Positions 25,592 through 37,373 are shown, counted from the first letter of the stretch. The stretch is 64,000 bases of DNA from an uncultured Actinomycetota bacterium (GCA_963711775.1 CAVQFH010000003.1:87110-151109); one strand, 5' to 3'. A program made the numbers and translations. The notes: generated from the sequence alone by a model not told the origin.

Positions 25592-25847
25592 CAGCTGGTG
25601 ACGTTACTGCCGCGGGGACTCAGCCGGCGCGGTGGATGGCCGGACGGATCTCGTCGAGCGCGCGGTCGAGCGTTGGGCTGCCCGCGGCGCGAGCGCCGGA
25701 TGCGCGCCGCCGCGACCGGTGCCGCCGGTTGTTGAGCACGACGACGAGCACGACAGGAACGCGATGACGACCGTCGAGGAGACCGGTCAGGAGACCGCCA
25801 GGGCGAGGTGGCGTCATCCTCAATAGTGCTCCCGTGACATGTCAAAT

Positions 25848-28006
<2,159 letters not shown>

Positions 28007-28127
28007 GAGGGCGACTCTATTGCTCCTGCCGATTCTCAGCTGATGCAGGGGAACGACTCAGCTGCGGCCTCGGTCGATCGCCTTACCTGGAGCCAGACCC
28101 GCGGGAGTGCCCCGCGGTGGCACGGAG

Positions 28128-29597
28128 GTGAACCAGCGTGACCAGCTCCTACGGCAGCCCCGAAGGCGGCTAGGCGGCCAGGGCGGCCAGGGCGGCTACC
28201 AGGGCGGCCAGGGCGGCCAAGGCGGCCAAGGCGGCCAAGGCGCGTACCCGGGCGGCTATCAAGGCGGCTATCAAGGCGGCTATCAAGGCGGCTATCAAGG
28301 CGGTTACTGGAACGGCTCGGAATGGCAGGCCTGGGATCCGGCCTACCCGCACCCGACGGCCGCCCAGCCGACCTGGGGCTACCCGCCGTCGGCGCAGTCG
28401 CCGGCCCAGCTCCAGTTCGGCGCACCCGCGCCGAAGGCCCGCCACTCGCGCGGCCTCGTCGGCGCGGTCGTGGTGCTGTCGCTGGCGCTGGTCGCCGCGC
28501 TCGCGGTGATCGTCAGCGGCGTCGCCCGCTCGACGGGTGGCATCGCGGTCGCCGGCGGATCGACCGGCACCTCGGGTGGCTCGGGCTCGGGTGGGACGAA
28601 CACGATCCCGACCCAGCCGCTGCCGGGCAACATCCAGCTCCCGTCCGGCGGTTCCTCCGGCGGCGGTTCGTCCGGTGGCTCCGGCACGTCGGGCAGGGCG
28701 AGCGCGGCGCAGCAGGTCGGCGTCGTGGACATCTACACCCAGCAGAAGTACAACGCGGCGGCCGCCGCCGGCACCGGCATGGTGCTGACGGCCGACGGCG
28801 AGGTGCTCACCAACAACCACGTGATCGAGGGGTCGACGGCGATCCGGGTCCGGATCGTCGCGACCGGTAAGACCTACATCGCCAAGGTGGTCGGCACCGC
28901 GCCGAGCAAGGACGTCGCGCTGCTGCAGCTGTCCGGCGCGTCCGGCCTGACCACTGCCAACCTCGGCGACTCCGACACCGTGTCGGTGGGCGACGCGGTC
29001 ACCGGTGTCGGCAACGCCGGCGGCGTGGGTGGCACCCCGTCCGCCGCGTCCGGGAAGGTCACCGCGTTGCACCGCGCGATCACCGCGTCGGACGAGAGCG
29101 GCTCGAACGCCGAGCGGCTCAAGAACATCATCGTGACGAACGCTCCGATCCAGTCCGGTGACTCCGGCGGCCCGCTCTACGACTCGGCCGGGCACATCGT
29201 CGGCATGGACACCGCGGCCAGCACGAACGGCCCGCGGGTCGGGTTCGCCATCCCGATCAACGACGCCGTGTCGATCGCCGGCCAGATCCGCAAGGGCATC
29301 GAGACCAGCTCGATCCACATCGGTTACCCGGGCTTCCTGGGCGTCTCGGTCGAACCGTCGCGCGGTTCCGGCGCGCTCGTCGCGGGCGTCCTCGGCGGCG
29401 GCCCGGCGGCCAAGGTGGGCATCTCGGCCGGTGACCTGATCACCCGGGTGAACTCGACGAAGATCACCAGCTCGACGCAGTTGCACAACCTGATGTCGTC
29501 GTCGAACCCGGGATCGACGGTGACGGTGACCTACAAGGACCCGAACACCGGACGGCACACCGTGTCGCTCACGTTGGCGACCGGTCCCGCCGACTGA
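28128..29597 (+). CDS. HtrA/PepA-like membrane-anchored serine protease with PDZ domain
   Basis: VLTNNHVI, DVALL, IQSGDSGGPL, C-terminal PDZ; N-terminal G/Q/Y low-complexity region. Confidence 0.92.
   Translation: MNQRDQLLRQPRRRLGGQGGQGGYQGGQGGQGGQGGQGAYPGGYQGGYQGGYQGGYQGGYWNGSEWQAWDPAYPHPTAAQPTWGYPPSAQSPAQLQFGAPAPKARHSRGLVGAVVVLSLALVAALAVIVSGVARSTGGIAVAGGSTGTSGGSGSGGTNTIPTQPLPGNIQLPSGGSSGGGSSGGSGTSGRASAAQQVGVVDIYTQQKYNAAAAAGTGMVLTADGEVLTNNHVIEGSTAIRVRIVATGKTYIAKVVGTAPSKDVALLQLSGASGLTTANLGDSDTVSVGDAVTGVGNAGGVGGTPSAASGKVTALHRAITASDESGSNAERLKNIIVTNAPIQSGDSGGPLYDSAGHIVGMDTAASTNGPRVGFAIPINDAVSIAGQIRKGIETSSIHIGYPGFLGVSVEPSRGSGALVAGVLGGGPAAKVGISAGDLITRVNSTKITSSTQLHNLMSSSNPGSTVTVTYKDPNTGRHTVSLTLATGPAD
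28251..28298 (+). repeat. 12-bp tandem repeat (GGCGGCTATCAA)x4 encoding GGYQ
   Basis: Read directly; preceded by GGCGGCCAR 9-bp repeats. Confidence 0.9.
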
Positions 29598-29620
29598 TCC
29601 CGCTCCTCCGGCACCGAAAT

Positions 29621-29658
29621 CGCGGCGCGCGTCCCTCTCCTGCGGGACGCGCGCCGCG
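29621..29658 (+). terminator. 15-bp inverted repeat after htrA
   Basis: CGCGGCGCGCGTCCC-N8-GGGACGCGCGCCGCG. Confidence 0.65.
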
Positions 29659-29689
29659 GCCGTGTTGTCGAATACGCAAGGATGGGCAC

Positions 29690-30517
29690 GTGACGACCGG
29701 CGAGGGCGAGGGCGACGGCGCGGCCGAGATCAATCCCGACGCCGTCGTGCAGTTGATCGACGTGTCGGTGCGGCGCGGGACGAAGACCCTGCTCGACCGG
29801 GTGAGTTGGACCGTCGAGGAGGACGAGCGCTGGGCCGTGCTCGGCCCCAACGGCGCCGGCAAGTCCACGCTGATCAACATCGCCTCGGCGACGCTGCACC
29901 CGTCGTCCGGGGTCGCCTACGTCCTGGGTGAGCAACTGGGCCGGGTGGACGTGTTCGAGCTGCGGCCGCGGATCGGCATCGCCGCCGCCGCGCTGGCCGA
30001 GCGGATCCCGCCGCGCGAACTCGTGACCGACGTGGTGGTCAGCGCCGGGTACTCGGTGCTCGGCCGCTGGCGTGAGGCCTACGGGCGCATGGACGTGCGG
30101 CGCGCCGTCAAGCTGCTCGAGCGCTTCGGCGTCGCCGACCTGGCCGAGCGCCGCTTCGGCACGCTCAGCGAGGGCGAGCGCAAGCGGGTGCAGATCGCCC
30201 GCGCGCTGATGACCGATCCCGAGCTGCTGCTGCTCGACGAACCCGCCGCCGGGATGGATCTCGGTGGCCGCGAGGACCTGCTGCGCCGCCTGACCAGGTT
30301 CAGCGAGGACCCGGACGCCCCGGCCTCGGTGCTGGTCACGCACCACGTGGAGGAGTTGCCGACCGGCATCTCGCACGTGATGTTGCTGCGCGACGGGGCG
30401 GTCGTCGCCGCGGGGCTGACCCGCCAGGTGCTCACCGATGAGAATCTGACCACGACGTTCGGGCTGCCCATCCACGTGTGGCGCCGTTCGGGACGCTGGT
30501 ACGCCCGCGCGGTGTGA
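29690..30517 (+). CDS. ABC transporter ATP-binding protein (Rv3041c-like)
   Basis: GPNGAGKST, LSEGERKR, LLLDEP, VTHHVEE. Confidence 0.92.
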   Translation: MTTGEGEGDGAAEINPDAVVQLIDVSVRRGTKTLLDRVSWTVEEDERWAVLGPNGAGKSTLINIASATLHPSSGVAYVLGEQLGRVDVFELRPRIGIAAAALAERIPPRELVTDVVVSAGYSVLGRWREAYGRMDVRRAVKLLERFGVADLAERRFGTLSEGERKRVQIARALMTDPELLLLDEPAAGMDLGGREDLLRRLTRFSEDPDAPASVLVTHHVEELPTGISHVMLLRDGAVVAAGLTRQVLTDENLTTTFGLPIHVWRRSGRWYARAV

Positions 30518-30527
30518 GGCGACGGGG

Positions 30528-31034
30528 TCAGGTCACCTCGATGAACGCGATGTGCGCCGTCCCGTGGGCGATCGTCAGCTCGGCCACGGTGCCGTGCGGT
30601 TGGCGCCGCCGGTCGGTGGGCGAACCGGGATTGACCGCCCGCTGCCCGGCGTAGGTCTCGTCCCACGGAATGTGCGAGTGCCCGAACACGACGAGGTCCG
30701 CCTGCGGGAACTGCGCCTTGAGGCGTGCGCCGCGCCCCTTCGCCTGGCCGCTGTCGTGCAACATCGCCACCCGAAGGCCCGCGAAACTCAGGTGCAGCGT
30801 GTCCGCCGCGCCCCACTGCGCGACATCGGGCCCGTCGTTGTTGCCGCGCACCGCGTGCACCGGGGCGAACTGCGCCAGCTCATCGAGCGTCTCGGCCACG
30901 CAGACGTCACCGGCGTGCAGGATCGCGTCGGCACCGTCGAGGACGCGCGCGAGCGCCGGCGGGCAGGACTTCCACCGGCGCGGGGAATGGGTGTCCGAGA
31001 GCAGCACGATCCGCACCCGGCCAGTACTACCCAT
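30528..31034 (-). CDS. YfcE-family metallophosphoesterase
   Basis: LSDTH, HAGD, RGNND, GHSH, NPGS. Confidence 0.9.
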   Translation of the reverse strand: MGSTGRVRIVLLSDTHSPRRWKSCPPALARVLDGADAILHAGDVCVAETLDELAQFAPVHAVRGNNDGPDVAQWGAADTLHLSFAGLRVAMLHDSGQAKGRGARLKAQFPQADLVVFGHSHIPWDETYAGQRAVNPGSPTDRRRQPHGTVAELTIAHGTAHIAFIEVT

Positions 31035-31236
31035 ACGCACGACGGGGGTTGCCGCCGGACTACGACCTGACCGACGTGACGGCGAAGCACGGGCCCCCGG
31101 GTGCGTGGTCCGGAACCGACTCTCATGCTCGTGATCGTCGCGGACGGCACCTCCGTCGGCCTCGCGCAGTGGTACCGGTGCGCTCGCCGCCTGCGACCGT
31201 GGCATCGTGACGCCTGCTCCGGAGCGGTCTGCCGGC

Positions 31237-31274
31237 GCAGTGATCGCCGCCCGCGCAGTGATCGCAGTGATCGC
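31237..31274. repeat. Three copies of GCAGTGATCGC just downstream of the DUF222-HNH gene
   Basis: Copies at 31237, 31255, 31264. Confidence 0.6.
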
Positions 31275-31298
31275 CGGCCGGCCTGCGGCCGGCTCCGT

Positions 31299-32507
31299 CT
31301 AGGGGTCGGCGGTGGGGAGTTCGTCGGGTGGGGTGCGGTAGGTGCGTCCGTGTGGTGTGTGCCAGGTGAAGGTGCCGCTGGTGTCTTGGCGGAGGGTCCA
31401 GCCGGGTGCGTCGTGTTTGAGGTGGTGGTGGCGCGCGCAGAGTGGGCCGAGGTTGGTGTTGAGGGTGTTGTGGCCGTTCCAGGCGGTGGTGTGGTCGATC
31501 TCGCAGCCGACGGCGCGGCGGTTGCAGCTGGGGAAGCGGCAGGTGGGGTAGCGGGCGGTGATCCAGCGGGCCTGGGAGGTGGTGGGGTCGCGGCGGGTCG
31601 CGATCTCGATCACCCCGATCGGCAGCACCTGCCCGGCGGGGTCGAGGCGCAGTTGTTCGATGCGGCTGGTGGGGTCGGTGAGCAGGTCGCGGCACTGGGT
31701 GGCGGGGATCGGGCCGTAGCCGGCCAGTTCGCCCGGCGCGTCCGCCGATCCGGTGGCCACCGTGTGCGGGATGAGGACCTGTACCCGGGCGTGCCGGGCA
31801 GGAGTGTCACCCGTGGTGCCGAGCAGCAGGTCGCGCACGATGTCGGCGCGGCGGGCGTCCATGCCGATGCGATCGCCGATGCGGTGCTCGCCCGCGGCCT
31901 GTTCGGCGTGCCGGGCGGCCTCGGACAGGCGGGCGTAGATGGCGGCGGCGTCGAGGGCGGTGTGGGTGGACCAGATGCCGGCCATCCCGTCCGGGAGCGG
32001 GCTCAACCGCACCAGCCGCCCGGCCCGGGCGGCCTGGTGTGTGTCGTCGACGGTGCGGGTGTCGACGGCGGCGGCCGCCCGGCGCAGGCCGGCCCGGAAC
32101 TGGGTCACGGTCTGCTCCGGCGCCCGGGCGAGCACCCGGTCCTGCACCGCGGCGACGGCCTGGTCGCTGAGCCCGTAGGTGGCCTCGGCGGCGGCGCGGG
32201 CGTGCGCCTCACCGATCGCGCCGGTCTCGTGCAGCGCCAACACCTTCGGCAGCTTGGTGACCAGGTGGTGGGCCTGGGCCAGCCGGGCCGCGGTGAACCC
32301 GACCGACCAGCGCAGCGCGCAGGCGACCTCTTCGCGGGCCCACTGCTTGCGATCGCCCGGATCGTGGATCGCGGCCAGGAACCGCTCCCGGCGGGCCTGC
32401 ACCCGCGCGGTGAGACGGTCGAGCTCGATCAGCTGGTCGAACAACTGCTCCCGCGAACACCGCGCCGGCTCCACCGCCAGCAGCTGCTCGACCGACCGCC
32501 CGTCCAC
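31299..32507 (-). CDS. DUF222/HNH endonuclease (REP13E12-like)
   Basis: CRFPSCNR, CEIDH, NLGPLCARHHHLKH, WHTPHGRTY. Confidence 0.9.
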   Translation of the reverse strand: MDGRSVEQLLAVEPARCSREQLFDQLIELDRLTARVQARRERFLAAIHDPGDRKQWAREEVACALRWSVGFTAARLAQAHHLVTKLPKVLALHETGAIGEAHARAAAEATYGLSDQAVAAVQDRVLARAPEQTVTQFRAGLRRAAAAVDTRTVDDTHQAARAGRLVRLSPLPDGMAGIWSTHTALDAAAIYARLSEAARHAEQAAGEHRIGDRIGMDARRADIVRDLLLGTTGDTPARHARVQVLIPHTVATGSADAPGELAGYGPIPATQCRDLLTDPTSRIEQLRLDPAGQVLPIGVIEIATRRDPTTSQARWITARYPTCRFPSCNRRAVGCEIDHTTAWNGHNTLNTNLGPLCARHHHLKHDAPGWTLRQDTSGTFTWHTPHGRTYRTPPDELPTADP

Positions 32508-32514
32508 GAATCGA

Positions 32515-32537
32515 ACACTAGAACGACCCACCGACAA
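32515..32537 (-). promoter_or_regulatory. PafBC-type (RecA-NDp) DNA-damage promoter
   Basis: TTGTCGGTG-N8-TAGTGT, matching tTGTCRgtg-N8-TAnnnT, 7 nt upstream of the GTG start. Confidence 0.75.
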
Positions 32538-34184
32538 TTTCCGGCGACCCGGCGTCGAGCGCCTCGGGACACCGGTCGGCACCGCAGGTCTGCACGCACA
32601 GGACCACCACGTCGTCCGGCAGCGGCGGGGTGACGAGTTCGTCGATCACGTGATCACAACAGCTCTGTGTCCCGCCGGCCCGCCACCGACGCACGGCCTC
32701 GACCAACCGGTCGAGCCCCGTGTCGATGACTTCGCACCGCCGCTCGACGAGGCCGTCGGTGCACCACACGAGCAGAGCCCCGGGCGGCAGGACGACCGTC
32801 TGTGCCACCACCGGTCCCTCGTCGGGGAATCCGAAGGCCAGCGCGCCCAGTGCGACCTGGCCGACGCACCGCGGGTAGTTGCAGCGAACTGCGGACGCCG
32901 GTGTCGAGATAGGTCTGCACCGCGCCGGGACAACGGTCCACGACCTCTGCCAGCGAGGCGACGTGAACCGGGCTTCCGGTGCGGACCGCCTCGGCCAGGG
33001 GTGTCGCGTCCTCCGCCGGGTCGAGGCGGAGGCGCGCGTACCTCTTGGCGACTGCGGCCGGGAAGCCCGCGGTCGCCCACGTCTGCACCTGGGTGCCGTC
33101 CGGGGTGACGACGCCGACGACCCCGGCGGAGCGCGCCAACGGGATCCCGCGCGTGACGACGACTCGCGCGATCTGCGCGTGTGGTCGCAGCCGACGCCAG
33201 CTGCTCGGTGACGGTCTGCAGCGCCTCCACACGTCGTCTCAGGGCCGATTCCGCGACCGACGCCGACTGGGCCCGCTCGCGGGCACGGACCTCGATCGCC
33301 AGCAACCAGGCGCTCAGCACTGCCACCGCGAGAAACAGTTGCAGCTCGGCGGTCAGGGCGCGGGGGGAGTCGGCCGGGCCGAGCGTCCAGCCTCGCCCGT
33401 TCACCGCGACGACGACGTTGGCGACCATCGTCACCATGACCCCGGCCGCCGTGAGCGTCGGTACACCGAGGCGTAGTGCGATGACGACCAGCCGCGGGAA
33501 CACGAAGTACTCGAGCGTGGCCCCGTGCGGCCAGAACGCGAGTGCGGTGACGACACCGCTGACCGCGAGGACGACGAGGAGTCCCTTCCACGCGGTTCGC
33601 CGTCGGTCGGCCGCACCGAGCTGCCAGGCGATGACCGCACCGCCGACGGTGAGCACGCCGAGGGCATCGCCGGCCCAGTACGGCCCGACGTTGTCCAGGA
33701 ACCGGCCGCCCATCCCGGTCGCGATGACGGTCGACCCGATCAACGCACCGATCAGCGGCCCGCCCACCACTGCACACCCGACGAACCGACCCTGGCCACC
33801 ACGTGAGGCCAGGTCCGGGCGGCGGGTGAGTCGGCGCAGCAGCGTCGCGCCGACCAGCGGCTCGACGGTGTTCGCCAGGGCGAAACCCAGTGCCACCAAC
33901 GCGGCGTCGTGTTCACCGATATCGACGGTCAGTTCCACCGCGGCGGCGGTGGCGAGGATCCACGGCCAGCGTGAGCGCCGCGTCAGCACCAGCGCGGACA
34001 GCGTGATGCCGGCCGGGGCATAGAAGACCGGACCGGCGTAGGACGCGTGCAACAGCCAGAACGCCGTCAGCGCCACGTACGGCGTATGCCACGGCCACCG
34101 CGGCGCAGACCCGACCGGTGGTCGCGTCGAACCAGAGCCGTTCGGAACGCTGCTGAGTGCGCTGCATGGGCTGGTCGGCGACAC
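32518..34184 (-). pseudogene. MASE1-GAF-SpoIIE phosphatase with internal deletion
   Basis: MASE1 TM region (ANTVEPLVGA, WAGDALGVL), GAF, then only the C-terminal LLVWCTDGLVERR...DDVVVL of the PP2C domain. Confidence 0.65.
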
Positions 34185-34311
34185 GTCGGCCGGCTGCCGC
34201 CAGGAGGGCTGGTTCGGACGCGCGTCACGCTATCGGGGTTCGCCCCGCCCCACGACCGTCAGGAAAGGCGCGCTCGGGACGAAAGCCCTGACGTGGTCTG
34301 CGGGGACCGGC

Positions 34312-34818
34312 TCAGCGGATCGTGCCGCCGTAGACGGCCGTGGCGCCTGAGTCGCCGACCCGGTAGAGCCACCACATCGCCAGGGCCGACACCACGATCG
34401 CCACCGCGGCGACGGTGTAGGAGAGTGCGCTCGAGCGCAGGACGGCGACCCGCCCGGCCGGTGCGGCGACCGGGCGGTCGTTGCTGCGGCCGAGAACGTA
34501 CACGACGGCGGAAACCACGAACAGGCCGATGGCGAACCAGATCATGTTCCTGCCGAGACCGGCGTGGTGGTCGATCGGCGGCAGGGCACTACCGGCTCGG
34601 CTCTCGAGATAGTGCTGGTACCACTCGCCGGCATTGGTCGTGATCGGAACGAACACCAGGGCGACGAGGCACGTCAACGGCGCGATGAAGCCGAGCTTGC
34701 GCCGAGCGGCGGGCCAGACCGCGCTCAGCACGGTGAAGAACGCGCCGAGCGGGAGCAGGACGACGACCACGTGCAGCAGTAGGACGTGAGCGGGCAGCCC
34801 GTGGATGACGGTGGGCAT
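34312..34818 (-). CDS. DUF2231 membrane protein
   Basis: GLPAHVLLLHVVVVLLPL, IDHHAGLG, RVGDSGATAVY. Confidence 0.8.
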   Translation of the reverse strand: MPTVIHGLPAHVLLLHVVVVLLPLGAFFTVLSAVWPAARRKLGFIAPLTCLVALVFVPITTNAGEWYQHYLESRAGSALPPIDHHAGLGRNMIWFAIGLFVVSAVVYVLGRSNDRPVAAPAGRVAVLRSSALSYTVAAVAIVVSALAMWWLYRVGDSGATAVYGGTIR

Positions 34819-34830
34819 CAGGGCCTCGCG

Positions 34831-35268
34831 CTACTTGACGATGAACATGCCGCGCATGCCCGCCGACGCATGGTAGGAGCAGATGAACGGGTACCGCCCG
34901 GGCTTCGGGAAGCGCAGGGTGACCGTGGTCGACGTCGACCCTGGGTCACCGGTGACCGTGTGCGAGGTGACGTGCAGGGACGACACGATGAGGTTGTGCG
35001 GGTAGCTGCCGGTGTTGTCGAGCGTCACGGTCAGCTTGCCCACGGAGGCATTGACGACCGACGGCGCGAACATGAGCTGGTCGGTGGTCTTGATCGTGAT
35101 CTTGTTGTTCGCTGCGGTCGCGGCGGCATTCGTGCTGGGCCCGGCCTGCGCCGCGGTGGCGCCCCCGCTCGGCGAGGGCGTCGACGAGGTAGTGCTCGAG
35201 CAGCCGGCGACCGCCACCGCGGTCAACGCGGCGACTGCGAGTACCCGGTGATGGGTGAAGCTGCGCAC
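34831..35268 (-). CDS. Cupredoxin (plastocyanin/azurin-like) lipoprotein
   Basis: Lipobox VAGC; type-1 Cu ligands PHN...YPFICSYHASAGM. Confidence 0.88.
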   Translation of the reverse strand: MRSFTHHRVLAVAALTAVAVAGCSSTTSSTPSPSGGATAAQAGPSTNAAATAANNKITIKTTDQLMFAPSVVNASVGKLTVTLDNTGSYPHNLIVSSLHVTSHTVTGDPGSTSTTVTLRFPKPGRYPFICSYHASAGMRGMFIVK

Positions 35269-35308
35269 AGGGTGTCCTTTGCTAGGTGTTCGGTGATCGT
35301 CACCGTGG

Positions 35309-35345
35309 TCCGGCACGGCGGCCGAAGAGCGGCCGCCGTGCCGGA
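35309..35345 (-). terminator. Perfect 16-bp inverted repeat between lipoprotein and cupredoxin genes
   Basis: TCCGGCACGGCGGCCG-N5-CGGCCGCCGTGCCGGA. Confidence 0.65.
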
Positions 35346-35350
35346 ACGGG

Positions 35351-36634
35351 TCAGGACAGGTGCTTCTGCTTGGCGATCGCCGAGGCGAGGACGGCCCCGG
35401 TTCCGGCCATGTGGCTCTCGGCCATGAGGACCTTGGGTCCCGCCGAGGGCGACTTCGTGACGATCGCCTGGATGGCGGTCTCGAGGGTGGTGATGTGGCC
35501 CTGCAGGTCGGCTGCGACGGCGTTCGCGGGCAGGCCGGTGGCCTGGCCGAGGAACTTGGCGAAGTCGGCCTTGTACCCGGCGAGTTGCTTCTGCGACTTG
35601 GCGACCAGAGCCTGATCCTTGGTGGCCAGTCCCTTGGTGTAGTTGACGAAGAAGCCGATGTGGGCGCGCCACATCTTGATGAAGGCAGTCTTGGCGGCGC
35701 CGCCGTAGACCGAACCGATCGCCGAACCGAGCGCCACGGTGTTGTCATCGAGTGCCTTGACGGCTGCCGCGGTCTGCGGCGAGGTCAGAGACGTCTCGAC
35801 CGCGGTCTGGACAACGGCGGCGGTCTGCGCGACGTGCTGGATGAGCAAGCCGGTCAGGCCGGAGCGCAGCGTCGAGGCCGGCCCGCTGACCGCGCCCGCG
35901 AGCTTCTTCTGCTTGGCGATGCCGGCGGCGAGGACCCCCGCGGTGCCGTCCATGTGCATGGCGGCCATCTGCAGCTTCGCCGCTGCTGACGGAGACTTGG
36001 TGACGATCGCCTGGATGGCGGTCTCGAGGGTGGTGATGTGGCCCTGCAGGTCGGCTGCGACGGCGTTCGCGGGCAGGCCGGTGGCCTGGCCGAGGAACTT
36101 GGCGAAGTCGGCCTTGTACCCGGCGAGTTGCTTCTGCGACTTGGCGACCAGAGCCTGATCCTTGGTGGCCAGTCCCTTGGTGTAGTTGACGAAGAAGCCG
36201 ATGTGGGCGCGCCACATCTTGATGAAGGCAGTCTTGGCGGCGCCGCCGTAGACCGAACCGATCGCCGAACCGAGCGCCACGGTGTTGTCATCGAGCGCCT
36301 TCAGCGCCATCGCGGTGTTCTTGGACGTGAGGCCGGACGTGACCGCGGTCTGCACAGCGAATCCGGTCAGGTTCACGTGCTCGCGGAAGAGCTGGTCGAG
36401 GCCCGACCGCAATGTCGCGGCCGGTGTGGCGGACGCATCGGTAGCGGTGGTGGCCGAGCTCGAGGAGCCGGTGCTGGGCGCCATCGACATCGACGAGCTC
36501 GACGACGACATACCGCCGGCCGGCTGCGACGAGGTCGCGGACGTGCTGCTGCCGCTGGACGTGCACGCCGTGGTGGCGAGGGCGAGAGCAACGATGGCGC
36601 TGCCGATCGCGATGGACGGACTGCGTAATGGCAT
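35351..36634 (-). CDS. His/Met-containing helical lipoprotein with two tandem domains (resembles proteins annotated copper amine oxidase-like)
   Basis: Lipobox TTAC, Ser-rich linker, 2x (LRSGL..L..xH...WRAHIGFFVNY...LQGHI...HM). Confidence 0.7.
   Translation of the reverse strand: MPLRSPSIAIGSAIVALALATTACTSSGSSTSATSSQPAGGMSSSSSSMSMAPSTGSSSSATTATDASATPAATLRSGLDQLFREHVNLTGFAVQTAVTSGLTSKNTAMALKALDDNTVALGSAIGSVYGGAAKTAFIKMWRAHIGFFVNYTKGLATKDQALVAKSQKQLAGYKADFAKFLGQATGLPANAVAADLQGHITTLETAIQAIVTKSPSAAAKLQMAAMHMDGTAGVLAAGIAKQKKLAGAVSGPASTLRSGLTGLLIQHVAQTAAVVQTAVETSLTSPQTAAAVKALDDNTVALGSAIGSVYGGAAKTAFIKMWRAHIGFFVNYTKGLATKDQALVAKSQKQLAGYKADFAKFLGQATGLPANAVAADLQGHITTLETAIQAIVTKSPSAGPKVLMAESHMAGTGAVLASAIAKQKHLS
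35457..36295. repeat. Perfect 296-bp direct repeat (35457-35752 and 36000-36295)
   Basis: No mismatch found comparing the copies by eye; offset 543 bp, in frame. Confidence 0.9.
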
Positions 36635-36675
36635 GGGAGGACCCCTAACGGATCTTGTTGGCTTGTATTGGGTCC

Positions 36676-36701
36676 TTCGCCGCGAACACCGTCGTCGGTT
36701 C
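36676..36701 (-). promoter_or_regulatory. Putative ECF sigma promoter GAACCG-N15-GCGAA for lipoprotein-cupredoxin-DUF2231 genes
   Basis: One of three equally spaced copies. Confidence 0.65.
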
Positions 36702-36748
36702 GATTCGGGCCCGCAGAGTGACCCACGGCTCCACCGGCGCACGGACTG

Positions 36749-36774
36749 GAACCGGATGCCTGCAACGCTGCGAA
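36749..36774 (+). promoter_or_regulatory. Putative ECF sigma promoter GAACCG-N15-GCGAA
   Basis: Ends 8 nt before ATG 36783. Confidence 0.65.
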
Positions 36775-36782
36775 CAGGGGGC

Positions 36783-37232
36783 ATGCATCAGAGCGTGGCG
36801 CCGGCCCAGCACAATCACCTTCCGCGAGCAGCTTCATCGCTGTTGCTCGACGCGTTGTCGTCGAGGTGGCGGTTCGTCGTCGTCGCCGCGACCGTCGTGG
36901 CCTCGATCGCGCACATCCCCGTGATCGGTCCGCACCTGGACGAGGCGCCGTACATGGGCGTGCTGTTCATCGTGCTGACCGGCGGCTGCGCGTTGCTCGC
37001 CGTCGCCGCGGCCGTCAGGGACACTCGCGCGGTCTACGCGATGGTGGTACTCACGTGCGGTCTCGCAGTGATCGGCTACGCCGCGACCCGTCTGGTCGCC
37101 TTCCCGATGCTGGCCGACGACGTCGGCAACTGGCTCGAACCGCTCGGCGTCGTGTCCATCGTGTCGGAGACGATCGCTGTCGTCGCGGCGATCGCCGCGC
37201 TGGCTGCCGGAGCTCGCACGGCGCGTTCTTGA
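36783..37232 (+). CDS. Four-TM membrane protein
   Basis: IAHIPVIGPHLDEAPYMG...DDVGNWLEPLGVVS. Confidence 0.7.
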   Translation: MHQSVAPAQHNHLPRAASSLLLDALSSRWRFVVVAATVVASIAHIPVIGPHLDEAPYMGVLFIVLTGGCALLAVAAAVRDTRAVYAMVVLTCGLAVIGYAATRLVAFPMLADDVGNWLEPLGVVSIVSETIAVVAAIAALAAGARTARS

Positions 37233-37249
37233 CAAGATCGCCCGAATCG

Positions 37250-37275
37250 GAACCGATGGCCGCTGTCACCACGAA
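37250..37275 (+). promoter_or_regulatory. Putative ECF sigma promoter GAACCG-N15-ACGAA
   Basis: Third copy, upstream of sortase substrate; shares upstream CCCGAATCG with the minus-strand copy. Confidence 0.65.
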
Positions 37276-37373
37276 TTGACTCATACCGGCGTAACCGACG
37301 CCTACCGGGCCGTGACCACAGCGGCCGCTGTCCAGATCTCTCACGGACAGTACGAATTCGAAGGGGACACTCA

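Noticed and set aside
32511-32526. LexA SOS box
   Set aside because: Only one half-site (TCGAAC) matches; the PafBC-type motif explains the site
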